Source: an uncultured Planctomycetota bacterium (GTDB lineage: Bacteria; Planctomycetota; Phycisphaerae; Tepidisphaerales; Tepidisphaeraceae). Taken from it: DNA of 64,000 nt. The stretch spans positions 928,001 to 992,000 of the forward strand of contig CAWJEN010000005.1 of assembly GCA_963841915.1 (NCBI GenBank). Direction: 5' to 3'. Position numbers and translations under genes: made by a program. The notes beneath the pieces are model-generated. The model was given only the letters and a program-made list of their open reading frames with translations. It ran no database searches and was not told where the DNA came from. Below, piece after piece: positions 1-11,296 of the stretch; within the stretch, counting starts at the first letter, position 1, and each line of letters begins with the position of its first letter.

Positions 1-91
1 GTCGTGGTCCATTGCGTTGTTGGAAGCGTACCGCAACAGAAGTGACGGACCGCGGCTCGGGGACGTTTCGCGGTCCTCGACTCTTCATCAT

Positions 92-976
92 TCATGCCGA
101 AGCTTCGACATCGCTCAGACGCGGGATCGACGATTGTGCACCGGGCACCGTCGTCGCCAACGCCGCAGCGACCGTGGCGAATGTCATCGCTGCCACCAGA
201 TCATCGTGTTCCGCGAGTCGCACGGCCAACGCTCCGCAAAAGGTATCGCCGGCCGCGGTCGTGTCGACGGGCTCGACGCGGTGGGCCGGCAAGGTGTGGG
301 TGCGGCCGTCCGACCCGACCGCGACGCAACCGGCCTTGCCGAGGGTTATGACGACGTTGAGGGGCCCACGTTCCTGCAGGCTGCGTGCCATGGCCGGTGC
401 GTCCGACGGCTCGCCGAGTAGCATGGCCGCCTCGGTTTCATTGACGACGAGATACGTGATTCGGTCGCTCAACGGAACCGATGCGTCGCCGACGGGGGCG
501 TAGTTCAGAAGGACCGTCGATCCACGACTCGAAGCCGATTCGATGGCGGCCGTGACGGTTGCAGCGGGCGTCTCCATCTGCAGCACCACGATGTCGGCGT
601 CTACGACGGCATCACCTGGCTCAAGCTGTGCGTTGGCTCCCGGGCAAACAGCGATGCAATTTTCAGCGTCGTCGTCGACAAAGATGAGGGCAGTGCCGGT
701 CGGCGCGTCGCAGCGCTTGATGTGGCTCGTGTCGAGTCCTTCGGCGTCGAACGCGGCGACCATTCGATCGCCGGCCGAGTCGCGCCCGACGCAGGCGACG
801 AAGGCCACCTCGGCGTTGCGTCGATTTCGGACGGCGGCGACGGCTTGGTTAGCCCCTTTGCCGCCGAGTGCGTCGAAGAAGGTGCCGCCGGCGACGGTTT
901 CACCCGGCCGCGGCAAGGTCGGCACGCGCGCGACGAGATCAAGATTTGAGCTGCCGACAATGAGGACGCGGGGCAC
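92..976 (-). CDS. rbsK: Ribokinase (PfkB family)
   Basis: VGSSNLDLV N-terminus, GGKGANQAVA and VDTTAAGDTF PfkB signatures; GTG start. Confidence 0.9.
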   Translation of the reverse strand: MPRVLIVGSSNLDLVARVPTLPRPGETVAGGTFFDALGGKGANQAVAAVRNRRNAEVAFVACVGRDSAGDRMVAAFDAEGLDTSHIKRCDAPTGTALIFVDDDAENCIAVCPGANAQLEPGDAVVDADIVVLQMETPAATVTAAIESASSRGSTVLLNYAPVGDASVPLSDRITYLVVNETEAAMLLGEPSDAPAMARSLQERGPLNVVITLGKAGCVAVGSDGRTHTLPAHRVEPVDTTAAGDTFCGALAVRLAEHDDLVAAMTFATVAAALATTVPGAQSSIPRLSDVEASA

Positions 977-996
977 CGTCGCAGCTTACCGCCTCA

Positions 997-1069
997 TGGC
1001 CCCGGCGGGATTCGAACCCGCACTGGAACGATTTTAAGTCGTCTGCCTCTGCCGTTGGGCTACGGGGCC
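997..1069 (-). tRNA. tRNA-Leu(UAA), 73 nt with short variable loop
   Basis: Reverse complement GGCCCCG..CGGGGCC-A acceptor stem, GACGA-CT-TAA-AA-TCGTT anticodon arm, GCGGG-TTCGAAT-CCCGC T arm; CCA not encoded. Confidence 0.9.
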
Positions 1070-1081
1070 GCTGCCGCCACC

Positions 1082-2716
1082 TTAGCGGGCCAACTCGACG
1101 CTGCGCGTCTCACGCAGCACCGTGACCTTGATCTCGCCGGGAAAGCTGATGCTCGCCTCGACGCTCCGCGCAATGTCTCGCGCCAGCTTGGCCACAGCAC
1201 CGTCGTCGAGTGCCTTGGCGTCTGCGATCACCCGGATCTCGCGGCCGGCGTGAATCGCGTACGCCTGTCGTACGCCGCGAAACTCTGCTGCAAGCTGCTC
1301 GAGCTCCTTGAGCCGCTTGACGTAGCGCTCGAGGGATTCGCGGCGGGCACCGGGTCGACTCGCACTGATCGCGTCGGCGGCCATGATGATCGGCGTGTAG
1401 GGCGTTGTCGATGGCACGTCGCCGTGATGACCGGCGGCGGCGTTGACGACCGCTTCGGCTTCGCCGAGCTTGCGGAGCAGATTCCCGCCGATCTCCGCGT
1501 GTCCGCCTTCGGTCTCGTGGTCGGCCGCTTTGCCGATGTCGTGGAGCAGGCCGGCGCGTCGGGCGATCGTGCCGTCGAGGCCGAGTTCGTCGGCAATGAC
1601 CTGCGACAGGTGAGCGACTTCCAGCGAGTGCTTCAGCACGTTCTGGCCGTAACTCGTGCGAAAGTGAAGGCGACCGAGCATCGGCAGGAGCTGCTTGGGC
1701 AGGTTCACGGCGTGGCCGTTGTGGGCCGCCTCGTCGCCGAGTTGTTCAAGTTGCTCGTTCGTTTGATCCGTCGCCTCCTGAACGGCTTCTTCGATCCGGC
1801 CCGGGTGAATGCGGCCATCGGCGATAAGCTTCTCGAGCGACAGCCGTGCGATTTCGCGTCGAACGGGGTCGAAGCAGCTGAGCCCGACGACGCCGGGCGT
1901 GTCGTCGATGATGACATCGACGCCTGTCGCCTTTTCGAAGGTTCGGATGTTTCGCCCTTCGCGGCCGATGACGCGACCCTTCATCGCATCGTCGGCGAGC
2001 GTGACGGTCGTCGTCGTGTGCTCGGCGGTCTGTTCGGCGGCGTAGCGCTGGATAGCCTCGATGAGAACGTTCCGGCCTTCGCGTTTGGCCTCTTCGCGCG
2101 CCTGTTCGACGCTCCGTCGGACAATGTCACCGGCCTCGCTATGACATTCCTCCTCGACCCGCTTGAGGAACATCTCGCGGGCTTGCGTCTCGCTGAGCCC
2201 GCTGATCTCGATGAGCTGAGCCTTAGTCTCTTTGAGATCTCGTTGAAGATCGCGCGACTGTTCTGCCAATTCGGCCTCAAGCTGGTCCAGCGAGGCTGCC
2301 CGCTCGTCGAGCTTTCGCTCCCGCTCTGACAACGCCTCGGCTTTGACATCGATGGCGTCGGACCGCCGTTCGAGCTTGGCCTCGCGAGCTGCAGACGAAC
2401 GCTCAGCCCGCACCGAAGCTTGCTCGGCATCGGCGAGAGTTCGCTCGGCCTGCGTGACCTTGTCCTCAGCCTCCTCACGCAGCTTGATGGCCAATTGTCT
2501 GGCTTCAAGCTCGATCTGCTTGGCGTCGTTTTTGCTTTTGCGACGGGCCTGTTCGACAAGGTCGTCAGCGCGCCGCGAGGCGTCTTCGCGAAGTTCGTCG
2601 ACGCGTCGCCTGGCCGATTCGGTCAGGCGGCGGCCGGAGAGTCGGGCGGCGGTGAAGAGTCCGGCTGCCCCGAGAGGCAAACCGATCAGAAGGCCCAGGG
2701 TAATCCACAGGGTCAT
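1082..2716 (-). CDS. rny: Ribonuclease Y
   Basis: N-terminal TM helix, coiled coil, KH domain (MKGRVIGREGRNIR), HD domain (LLHDIGK), C-terminal PGARRE..AGREIRV. Confidence 0.95.
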   Translation of the reverse strand: MTLWITLGLLIGLPLGAAGLFTAARLSGRRLTESARRRVDELREDASRRADDLVEQARRKSKNDAKQIELEARQLAIKLREEAEDKVTQAERTLADAEQASVRAERSSAAREAKLERRSDAIDVKAEALSERERKLDERAASLDQLEAELAEQSRDLQRDLKETKAQLIEISGLSETQAREMFLKRVEEECHSEAGDIVRRSVEQAREEAKREGRNVLIEAIQRYAAEQTAEHTTTTVTLADDAMKGRVIGREGRNIRTFEKATGVDVIIDDTPGVVGLSCFDPVRREIARLSLEKLIADGRIHPGRIEEAVQEATDQTNEQLEQLGDEAAHNGHAVNLPKQLLPMLGRLHFRTSYGQNVLKHSLEVAHLSQVIADELGLDGTIARRAGLLHDIGKAADHETEGGHAEIGGNLLRKLGEAEAVVNAAAGHHGDVPSTTPYTPIIMAADAISASRPGARRESLERYVKRLKELEQLAAEFRGVRQAYAIHAGREIRVIADAKALDDGAVAKLARDIARSVEASISFPGEIKVTVLRETRSVELAR

Positions 2717-2738
2717 GGCGAACCGTCCTTACTGCCGA

Positions 2739-2921
2739 CGACGCGGTGCGTCGCGGCCGGATCAAGGGCGGCCACTTCGTTCGTAGAGATCGGCGCAGCG
2801 GCGGGCCGCGACGCCAGGTATGGGGTCGACCGAGGCGAAGATGTTGCGTCGCATCGGTCATCCGTGCCGTATCAGGCGGTTGAGTGCAAACTAATAGAAC
2901 GAAGCGCCTTACACCGCGTCG
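2739..2921 (-). ncRNA. Candidate 6S RNA (long irregular hairpin upstream of rny)
   Basis: Nested complementary segments 2739-2748/2912-2921, 2775-2782/2897-2904 and 2808-2814/2846-2852 with an unpaired central region; about 183 nt; immediately upstream of rny. Strand inferred from rny. Confidence 0.5.
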
Positions 2922-3086
2922 AGGGATCCGTGACCCCACGCGGCGGCCGGTGGCTGTTCGGCGGAAGGGGACGCAGGTGCGGGCACCTGTGTCGCCGCCG
3001 GGCCGGTCGGCAAACGCGAACGTCATTAGACGCCAAATCCACGCGTCTGGCAACCCGCGAAGGCTTCCCTAGACTCAGGTCCATCC

Positions 3087-3164
3087 CGCTAGGGGCGGCC
3101 GACCTGTGTCGGCCTGAGACGAACCCTCCGAACCTGAACCGGGTCATGCCGGCGTAGGGAAGCG
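3087..3164 (+). promoter_or_regulatory. TPP (THI-box) riboswitch
   Basis: CTAGGGG..CTGAGA..ACCC..GAACCTGAACCGGGTCATGCCGGCGTAGGGAAGC matches the TPP aptamer consensus; upstream of thiC operon. Confidence 0.93.
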
Positions 3165-3168
3165 AACC

Positions 3169-3680
3169 GTGACGACCGACACCCTCGACATCCTGCTCGA
3201 TCATCACCGCTGGAGCACCCATCGTGTGCTTGAGGCGTGCGTGCCATTGTCGCAGGACCAATGGCATAAGACGTTCGCAATGGGCGTCGGCTCGCTGCAC
3301 CACACGATGCTGCACGTCGTTCGATGCGTGCAGGGGTGGACCAACCGCGTTCAGCAGATCGAGTGGCCGCGCCACGCCGAGGCGCACTACACGCGCGTCG
3401 AGCTGATGCAGATGAACGACGCGAGCGTGAACGCCTTGGCCCGTCTCATCTCGCGCTATCGCCAACAAGGCACGCTTGACGAGGTGGCGGAGGAGACGTT
3501 TCACCCGGCCGACCGTGAGCCCGTGCACGTCCGCTTCACCCGTCGGGCGGCGATCGTCCACTGCCTTGTGCACGGCACCCACCACCGGGCCCAGGCCCTG
3601 AACATGCTCCGCCAGCTCGGCGTCGCTCCGTCGCCGGAGATCGACGTGATGGACTGGCACCACGAAGAAGATTTCAAGTC

Positions 3681-3684
<4 letters not shown>
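3169..3684 (+). CDS. DinB/YfiT-like metal-binding four-helix-bundle protein
   Basis: HHRWST N-terminus, SLHHTMLHV and HGTHHRAQ His-triad motifs; stop overlaps thiC start (ATGA). Confidence 0.8.
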
Positions 3685-5507
<1,823 letters not shown>

Positions 5508-5569
5508 CGGCGTCGGCGTGTTGTCAGATGCAGTCGCACAGAGCACGTTGTCTGCGTTATGTTGGCCTC

Positions 5570-6703
5570 ATGCTCTTCCTGCTCGCCCTCGCGGTAGCGC
5601 TCTTGCAAGCGGCAACGCCCGTCGACCGGCAGCCCGTCCTGATTTGGGAGGTGCTTGTCGATGACGATGGTGTGTTGGGTCAATGGATCGACAATGAGCG
5701 AGGTGCTGAGAACGCAGCCTTTAGCCCCGACGGCTCGCTCATCGCGACTGTTGCGAAGGGCGACGCGTCTGTTCGGCTGCTCGACACAGAAACAGGCCAA
5801 GAGCGATGGCGGCACGATGGCGGGGCGGAGATGGAGACGGTCGATTTCACCCTGGATGGCAAACACGTGCTCGCTGGCGGTTCCGGTGGTGGCGACGGCG
5901 GTGCGGTCGTCGCGCTTGATGCGGTAACCGGCCAGGAGGTCGCGCGGCTGACGACCGGAACGAGCGTCGAAGGGCTGCGCGTGCACACCGACGCCAAGCG
6001 GGGCGAGACCTTGCTCATCACGGGGGACGAGCACGGCCTGATCCGTCTCTGGAACATCACCGGCAGCCCGGCCGACTGGCACAGCGAACCGATATGCGTC
6101 CTCGAGCAGGGCGACGATCAGGATCGGGACCCGGAGACGGCAGGCCACGCCGATGTTAATCAGATCGACGTCTATGACGAGACGATTTACGCCGCCGGTC
6201 GCAACGGCGTCGTCACCCGGCACGACCTTGCCGCCCCTCACGCCGCGCAAGCGGCGCTAGCCGGCCTCGGTGGGTCGCTCAAGGCGGTGCGTGTCAGCCC
6301 CGACGGCCGCTACGTCGCCGCCAGCAACAGTGTGACCAATGAACAAGTCGGGGCCGGTGTGGCCATTTGGAATGTTGCCACCGGCGATCTGCTTGCGGTC
6401 TGGTGTAGTCCGGCTGATCCCGACCGGCACAATTTCGAGACGCTCGTCTTCACGCCCGATTCGCGGACGCTACTCCTGGGTGGTTCGTTTCCGCTGACGC
6501 CGCGCCCGCAGCCACTGCTTGCTTTTGATGTCGCAGACCTGCTTGCCAATGGCCACAAAGCCGCTCCGGCTGCGTCTGCGATGTGGCGGCAGGAGTACAT
6601 CAGCTTCAACCCCGCCGCACCGGATGACTCGCCCCAAATGCTCACTGCCCACGATGACGGCGGCATTCGCCTGTGGCGTTGGTCGCCGGCAGTGATGCCT
6701 TAG
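5570..6703 (+). CDS. Secreted WD40-type beta-propeller protein
   Basis: Signal-peptide-like MLFLLALAVALLQA; repeated AFSPDG/VSPDG/FTPDS turns and DxxIRLW motifs; start chosen at ATG 5570. Confidence 0.7.
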   Translation: MLFLLALAVALLQAATPVDRQPVLIWEVLVDDDGVLGQWIDNERGAENAAFSPDGSLIATVAKGDASVRLLDTETGQERWRHDGGAEMETVDFTLDGKHVLAGGSGGGDGGAVVALDAVTGQEVARLTTGTSVEGLRVHTDAKRGETLLITGDEHGLIRLWNITGSPADWHSEPICVLEQGDDQDRDPETAGHADVNQIDVYDETIYAAGRNGVVTRHDLAAPHAAQAALAGLGGSLKAVRVSPDGRYVAASNSVTNEQVGAGVAIWNVATGDLLAVWCSPADPDRHNFETLVFTPDSRTLLLGGSFPLTPRPQPLLAFDVADLLANGHKAAPAASAMWRQEYISFNPAAPDDSPQMLTAHDDGGIRLWRWSPAVMP

Positions 6704-6777
6704 CGGCTTGCTTCGGATGGCGAGCCATCGACTGCCAGGTCCTACTCCAACGATTCGCGCGTTACCATGCGCGTCGT

Positions 6778-7917
6778 ATGAGCGACCAGGACCCGTTTGC
6801 CGCTGCTCGCCGCGACCGCTCGCGGGCCCGGGCGGAGGTGGATCATGGGTCGACGATACCAATGGTGCTCGATCATGCGGAAGTAAAACGGGTGCTGCGA
6901 GAGTGGCAAACCTTCAGCAGCGATGACCCGCAACACATCACGGTGCGTCCGGAAACAGAGGTGCGTGACGTTCGGCAACTCCCGATCGAGACCGATCCGC
7001 CGCAGCACACGGCTTACCGCAAGCTCGTCGAGCCGTTCTTCCGCCGCCCGCTCGACAAGGAGTATCAACGTGGCATGCAGGAGATGATCGACGCGTCCCT
7101 GCTCGCACATGTCGATGCGGGCGAGGTGGAGGTCGTCCGTGAGTTTGCCCTGCCGGTACAGTCGAAGTCGCTAGCCCGAATGCTCGGCGTAGGGGACGAT
7201 GAGGCAGAGCTCTGGATGAATTGGGGCGTCCATGTCTTCTACGACGGCGACAGCGTGAGCAAGGGGGCTGCCCTGACGAGGTACATCCGTCATCGCTTCG
7301 CGGCAGCCGGAACCGACAGACATGACTTCTTTAGTACCCTCAACCGTGCTGAGATCGATGGCCGCTCACTGACGATGGCCGAGAAAGAGGGCTTTGCCAG
7401 CGTCACGTTTGCCGGCGGGCGTGACACGGTCATCGGCAGCATCGTCTCAACGGTTGCTCATCTTGCTGAAGATGCCGAACGGTTCGAATGGCTGCGGCGC
7501 GACACGTCGCGTCTGTCGATGGCCGTCGAGGAAATTGTGCGTCACCTCAGCCCTGTGAGCGCATTGGCCCGCCGCTGCCCGCGCGGCGGCACCGTTGGCG
7601 GCGAGGCTGTCGAGCCGGGCGGCCGCGTCGCCGTAAGCTACGCCGCAGCAAATTACGACGAGCGTGTCTTCACCTGCCCGGCAAACCTGCAACTCGACCG
7701 CTCGCCCAACCCGCACTTGGCTTTCGGCTTCGGTAAGCACCACTGTCTCGGTGCCGCTCAAGCACGCCTGGTGCTGCGCTGTCTTCTGCTAAGCCTCTGC
7801 ACGCACGTTGCCACAATTGAAGTCATAGACCGTGACGCTCAGGTTGACCGCCAAAACTGCCACACTCGCGTTCCAGGCTTCAACCGCCTCGTCGTCCGCT
7901 TCAGTCGATCGACGTGA
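6778..7917 (+). CDS. Cytochrome P450
   Basis: DPPQHTAYRK, I-helix AGGRDT, EEIVR (ExxR), HLAFGFGKHHCLG heme-thiolate motif. Confidence 0.92.
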   Translation: MSDQDPFAAARRDRSRARAEVDHGSTIPMVLDHAEVKRVLREWQTFSSDDPQHITVRPETEVRDVRQLPIETDPPQHTAYRKLVEPFFRRPLDKEYQRGMQEMIDASLLAHVDAGEVEVVREFALPVQSKSLARMLGVGDDEAELWMNWGVHVFYDGDSVSKGAALTRYIRHRFAAAGTDRHDFFSTLNRAEIDGRSLTMAEKEGFASVTFAGGRDTVIGSIVSTVAHLAEDAERFEWLRRDTSRLSMAVEEIVRHLSPVSALARRCPRGGTVGGEAVEPGGRVAVSYAAANYDERVFTCPANLQLDRSPNPHLAFGFGKHHCLGAAQARLVLRCLLLSLCTHVATIEVIDRDAQVDRQNCHTRVPGFNRLVVRFSRST

Positions 7918-7996
7918 CCTGTACAGACAAGCCAAAGCAGTTGCGCATCGCGGTCGCCGCTGTACCAAAGGAACGCCGCTGTTCGTGGAGGACTGC

Positions 7997-8749
7997 TCAC
8001 GCCGCTTTGGACTCACAACCCTTCTTAGACTGCTTGCTGGGTCGTCCGAGCGGGTTCAAAGTGTGCTGAAGCGACAACGTCTCCGCAGCTCGGCGGGTCC
8101 AGCACGGACACCCAAAGGGCCGATTCCGAACAAAGCACTCGTCAAACTGCTGATAAAGGGACGGATGAAGCGGTGACTTAGGTCCTGCTGGGCAATAGCA
8201 TGCATCAACAGGAGAAGGCTGATCTATGTGTCTATAAGTGTCTAAATACGGAGAAGGCTGAAGCGCTGCTGGCGATGTGGCGGATCGACTTGAGGCATGC
8301 CAAGCTTCTGCCGTTGACACCAAGCCTTCGTTGACAGGAAGACGCTCCACAATCTGGATAGATGCATTCAAGTATTCTCGGGTTGGCTGAATTGGAAAAG
8401 AGCGAAAACGAGATCTGTACACCGCGCCAGATTTGGCGCAGGGTGACATCTGCTTTCTCTCTCTGGCGTGCCTCATGGTCACCCAGCGAACGAGTTCAGA
8501 AAGCTCTCCAGATCGCTCAGGCCGGACGATCAGGTGCCAACAGTGCGGGAGAATGCACCAGGCGACGAGATCGATGCGACCCGATACGCCAGCGGACACA
8601 GCTTTTTGATTCCGCTGTTGCGCCTTTGATAGAAGGTGCTCAAAGTGAGAGCGACAGTCTTCATCGGCTAGTGCGGCCTGATCTGGCCGAGTCCGATTGA
8701 AGATGTGGAATATGTATCCTCCGAGTAACATTCGCTTGCATCTTGGCAT
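7997..8749 (-). mobile_element. REP-associated tyrosine transposase (RAYT / Y1 HUH family), degenerate, possibly inactive
   Basis: MPRxxR..GYIFHIFNR N-terminus, AWCILPHCWHLIV (eroded MPNHxH), VYRSRFRSFPIQ, ERLPVNEGLV..W..SS, RNRPFG; visibly lower GC than flanks. Confidence 0.7.
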
Positions 8750-8947
8750 GACAACGCTTCCTGTTGCATAATTGATGCCCCGAAAGCTATGAATAGCGGC
8801 CTTTTCGTCAGAAGGAAAGACGGACCGAAACCTTTTATGCGTCCCCATTTGCTTTTCGAAGTTCGTTCCTTTCGCTGTCGTCGGAGGTATCCGAAGTCTG
8901 GGTGGTCGATCAGGGTTGATCCAACCGCTTCTCGAACCACCCCCATC

Positions 8948-10210
8948 ATGTACGACAGTCTCTCAGCCATCTTCCTGAATCCCGACAAGTGCAGCAGTCG
9001 CCGCCGACGTGGCAGCGTCATTTTGGCTTCTTGTGCGATGATCCCGGTCTTCTTGCTTCTGCTGGGGCTATCCATTGAAGCCGGTCACCTGACGCTCGCC
9101 AAGGGTCAGTTGCGGACCGCTGCCGATGCCGCGGCTTTGGCAGCCGCCAACGAATTGGAAGCCGACGCACCGCTTCATGAGAACGAAGCAACGGCATTCC
9201 TGACGGCTAAGGCCACTGCTATGAGCAATGAAGTTCTCGGGCAGGCTCAGGACCTAGTTCCGCAGGATGTCGAGGTCGGTCACTGGAACCCCGTCCGACG
9301 CATGTTCACGCCTGGGAGTGACAGCGACAAGGTTGTAAATGCTGTTCGAGTTACCGCGCACCGGTGCGGCGAGCGGGATCAAAATGTGTCGATGCTTTGG
9401 TTCAACACCATTGCATGCGACTTGCATGCCGAGGCCGTCGCTCATCGTCTTGCGGCTGATCCGCCCGTCGGCTTCATCGGCCTTGACCGTTTCCGCTCGC
9501 GCGGCGTGCTCACAACCGCAGCTGTAGGACCGACAGGTCGCGTTCCAATGCTGGGACGGGGACGCCGCGGCGGCGACATCCACAGCAACGGTGACGTTGA
9601 TCTGCACGTCGCCGGCCTCGCTGGTGTCACCCACATCAACGGCGACATCAACGCCGGTGGCGACGTCAATCGCCCTGCCGTCCGGCTTCTGACCCGAGTG
9701 ACGGGGCGCGTCGCCACGCCCCACGAGCCTTACGCTCTACCGGTTGTCCCGGAAACGATGGCAGACCGCAACGATAACGACCGCCTGCCGTCGCACGCTT
9801 ACGATGGTCGGAATCTCACCGCGGTCGGTATTATGAACCTCAACGCCGGGGTGTACAAGGTCGAAGACTTCCGCGTTCTTGCCGGAGCCATCGTCAACGT
9901 CCGCGGCCCCACGACCATCGTCGTCACAGGCGACGCTTCAATCGTCGGTTCGGTCATTTCGCTGAATCAGCGGGCTTCTGACCTACGCGTGCTGGTCGCC
10001 AACGACGGACGTGTCGATCTAGCCGCAACAGCCGATCTCTACTGCGACCTTTACGCCCCTGAGAGCAAGGTTTCGGTCACCGGTGGGCTTCGATACACGG
10101 GTCGCATCGTTGGTAAAGAGATTGATATTTTGGCGACAAGCTTCCTGTTTGCCGACCCGTCGATTGGCGACCCCTTCGCCGCCGCCGCGCCGCTGACGTT
10201 GGTCAAGTGA
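8948..10210 (+). CDS. TadG-like Flp pilus-associated protein
   Basis: RRRGSVIL + TM helix + GQLRTAADAAALAAA Tad N-terminal pattern; VEVGHWN..NAVRVTA; beta-rich C-terminus (LYAPESKV). Confidence 0.75.
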   Translation: MYDSLSAIFLNPDKCSSRRRRGSVILASCAMIPVFLLLLGLSIEAGHLTLAKGQLRTAADAAALAAANELEADAPLHENEATAFLTAKATAMSNEVLGQAQDLVPQDVEVGHWNPVRRMFTPGSDSDKVVNAVRVTAHRCGERDQNVSMLWFNTIACDLHAEAVAHRLAADPPVGFIGLDRFRSRGVLTTAAVGPTGRVPMLGRGRRGGDIHSNGDVDLHVAGLAGVTHINGDINAGGDVNRPAVRLLTRVTGRVATPHEPYALPVVPETMADRNDNDRLPSHAYDGRNLTAVGIMNLNAGVYKVEDFRVLAGAIVNVRGPTTIVVTGDASIVGSVISLNQRASDLRVLVANDGRVDLAATADLYCDLYAPESKVSVTGGLRYTGRIVGKEIDILATSFLFADPSIGDPFAAAAPLTLVK

Positions 10211-10615
10211 AGGGCGTCTCTGCCCCCAAAGCCTGCTCGCCGAGCGATAGGGACCAGGCGATGATCCCTGAGAGACCGATCAAGAAGGGTAGCGGATATC
10301 CGTCCGTGTGCCGGCGTGGACTATTCCGCACCAATCCTCGCGGTTCTACGTGTCTGCCGTGGGTCTAACGTTGGCGAGATCGTCAGGCGTATTCACTGCC
10401 AAACGTAATAATGTGTGTGATGATTTAGCGAGCACAAGCCTGAAAAGGCGGGGTAGGACTAGTCCGCGAGGGCATATATTTGTGCTGAGGTCGAGAATCT
10501 GCTTGTGCAGATCGGGCGGTGGCATATACTTCCGTTGCAACATGCAGGAGGACTGCGGCCGAATGGTTCGCCCAGACGCTGCTCGCTTTGCAGACCCCTC
10601 AGGAGGATGAAGATC

Positions 10616-11236
10616 ATGATTCGAACCGCACTACTCACGACTGCCGCCGTTCTCGCCGCTTCGACCGCCGCCGGTGCGGCTTTGGTACAGAGCTTCGAGT
10701 TCGACACGCCCGGTGACACAGAAGGGTTCAACGGAGCCAACGTCACCGGTCCGCTTGTCGTCGCCGGAGGCCTGCTGACGGGCACAACGGTGAGCGGAGG
10801 TGGTGACCCGCAGCTGATCAATCCTGCCACCAGCGGACGCGTCAACCTCACTCCGGCCATGGGTGAGACGTTTGACCGCATCGAGTTCCGCGTCCGCGAG
10901 CTGGAAGGCGTAACGCCCGTCAACACCTTCTCGTCAGCTGGTCTATTTGTCGCGCTGAATTCAGCAGGATTTAACGGCAATGCGCCGACGGCAGGTCTCT
11001 ATTCGGCCGCCGCCGACGGTGAGTATTTCATTGTCACCGTAGATATCAGCAGCTATGCCGGAACTCTTCCGGTGACGTCGATCCGTCTCGACCCAATTGG
11101 TGGACCGGACGCGGCTGGTAACACGTTCAACGTCGACTACATCCGAATCTTCGACACCGCTCCGATTCCGGAACCGACGTCAGCCCTTGGCATCATGGCC
11201 GGTGGCCTCCTGCTCGCGGCTCGTCGCCGTCGCTGA
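10616..11236 (+). CDS. PEP-CTERM sorting-domain exoprotein
   Basis: AGGAGG RBS at 10601, signal peptide, C-terminal IPEPTSALGIMAGGLLLAARRRR. Confidence 0.88.
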   Translation: MIRTALLTTAAVLAASTAAGAALVQSFEFDTPGDTEGFNGANVTGPLVVAGGLLTGTTVSGGGDPQLINPATSGRVNLTPAMGETFDRIEFRVRELEGVTPVNTFSSAGLFVALNSAGFNGNAPTAGLYSAAADGEYFIVTVDISSYAGTLPVTSIRLDPIGGPDAAGNTFNVDYIRIFDTAPIPEPTSALGIMAGGLLLAARRRR

Positions 11237-11296
11237 ATCAAGCCCGATCCGGCCGCGTCTGCGGACGGCATCTAAAACTGATCGGCACGCCTCGCT

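Noticed and set aside
1055..2329. Long + strand ORF (424 aa) opposite rny
   Set aside because: Antisense shadow of a high-GC gene; no motifs
10519..10540. Sigma54 promoter upstream of the PEP-CTERM gene
   Set aside because: TGGCAT and TTGCA are present but the spacing does not fit GG-N10-GC
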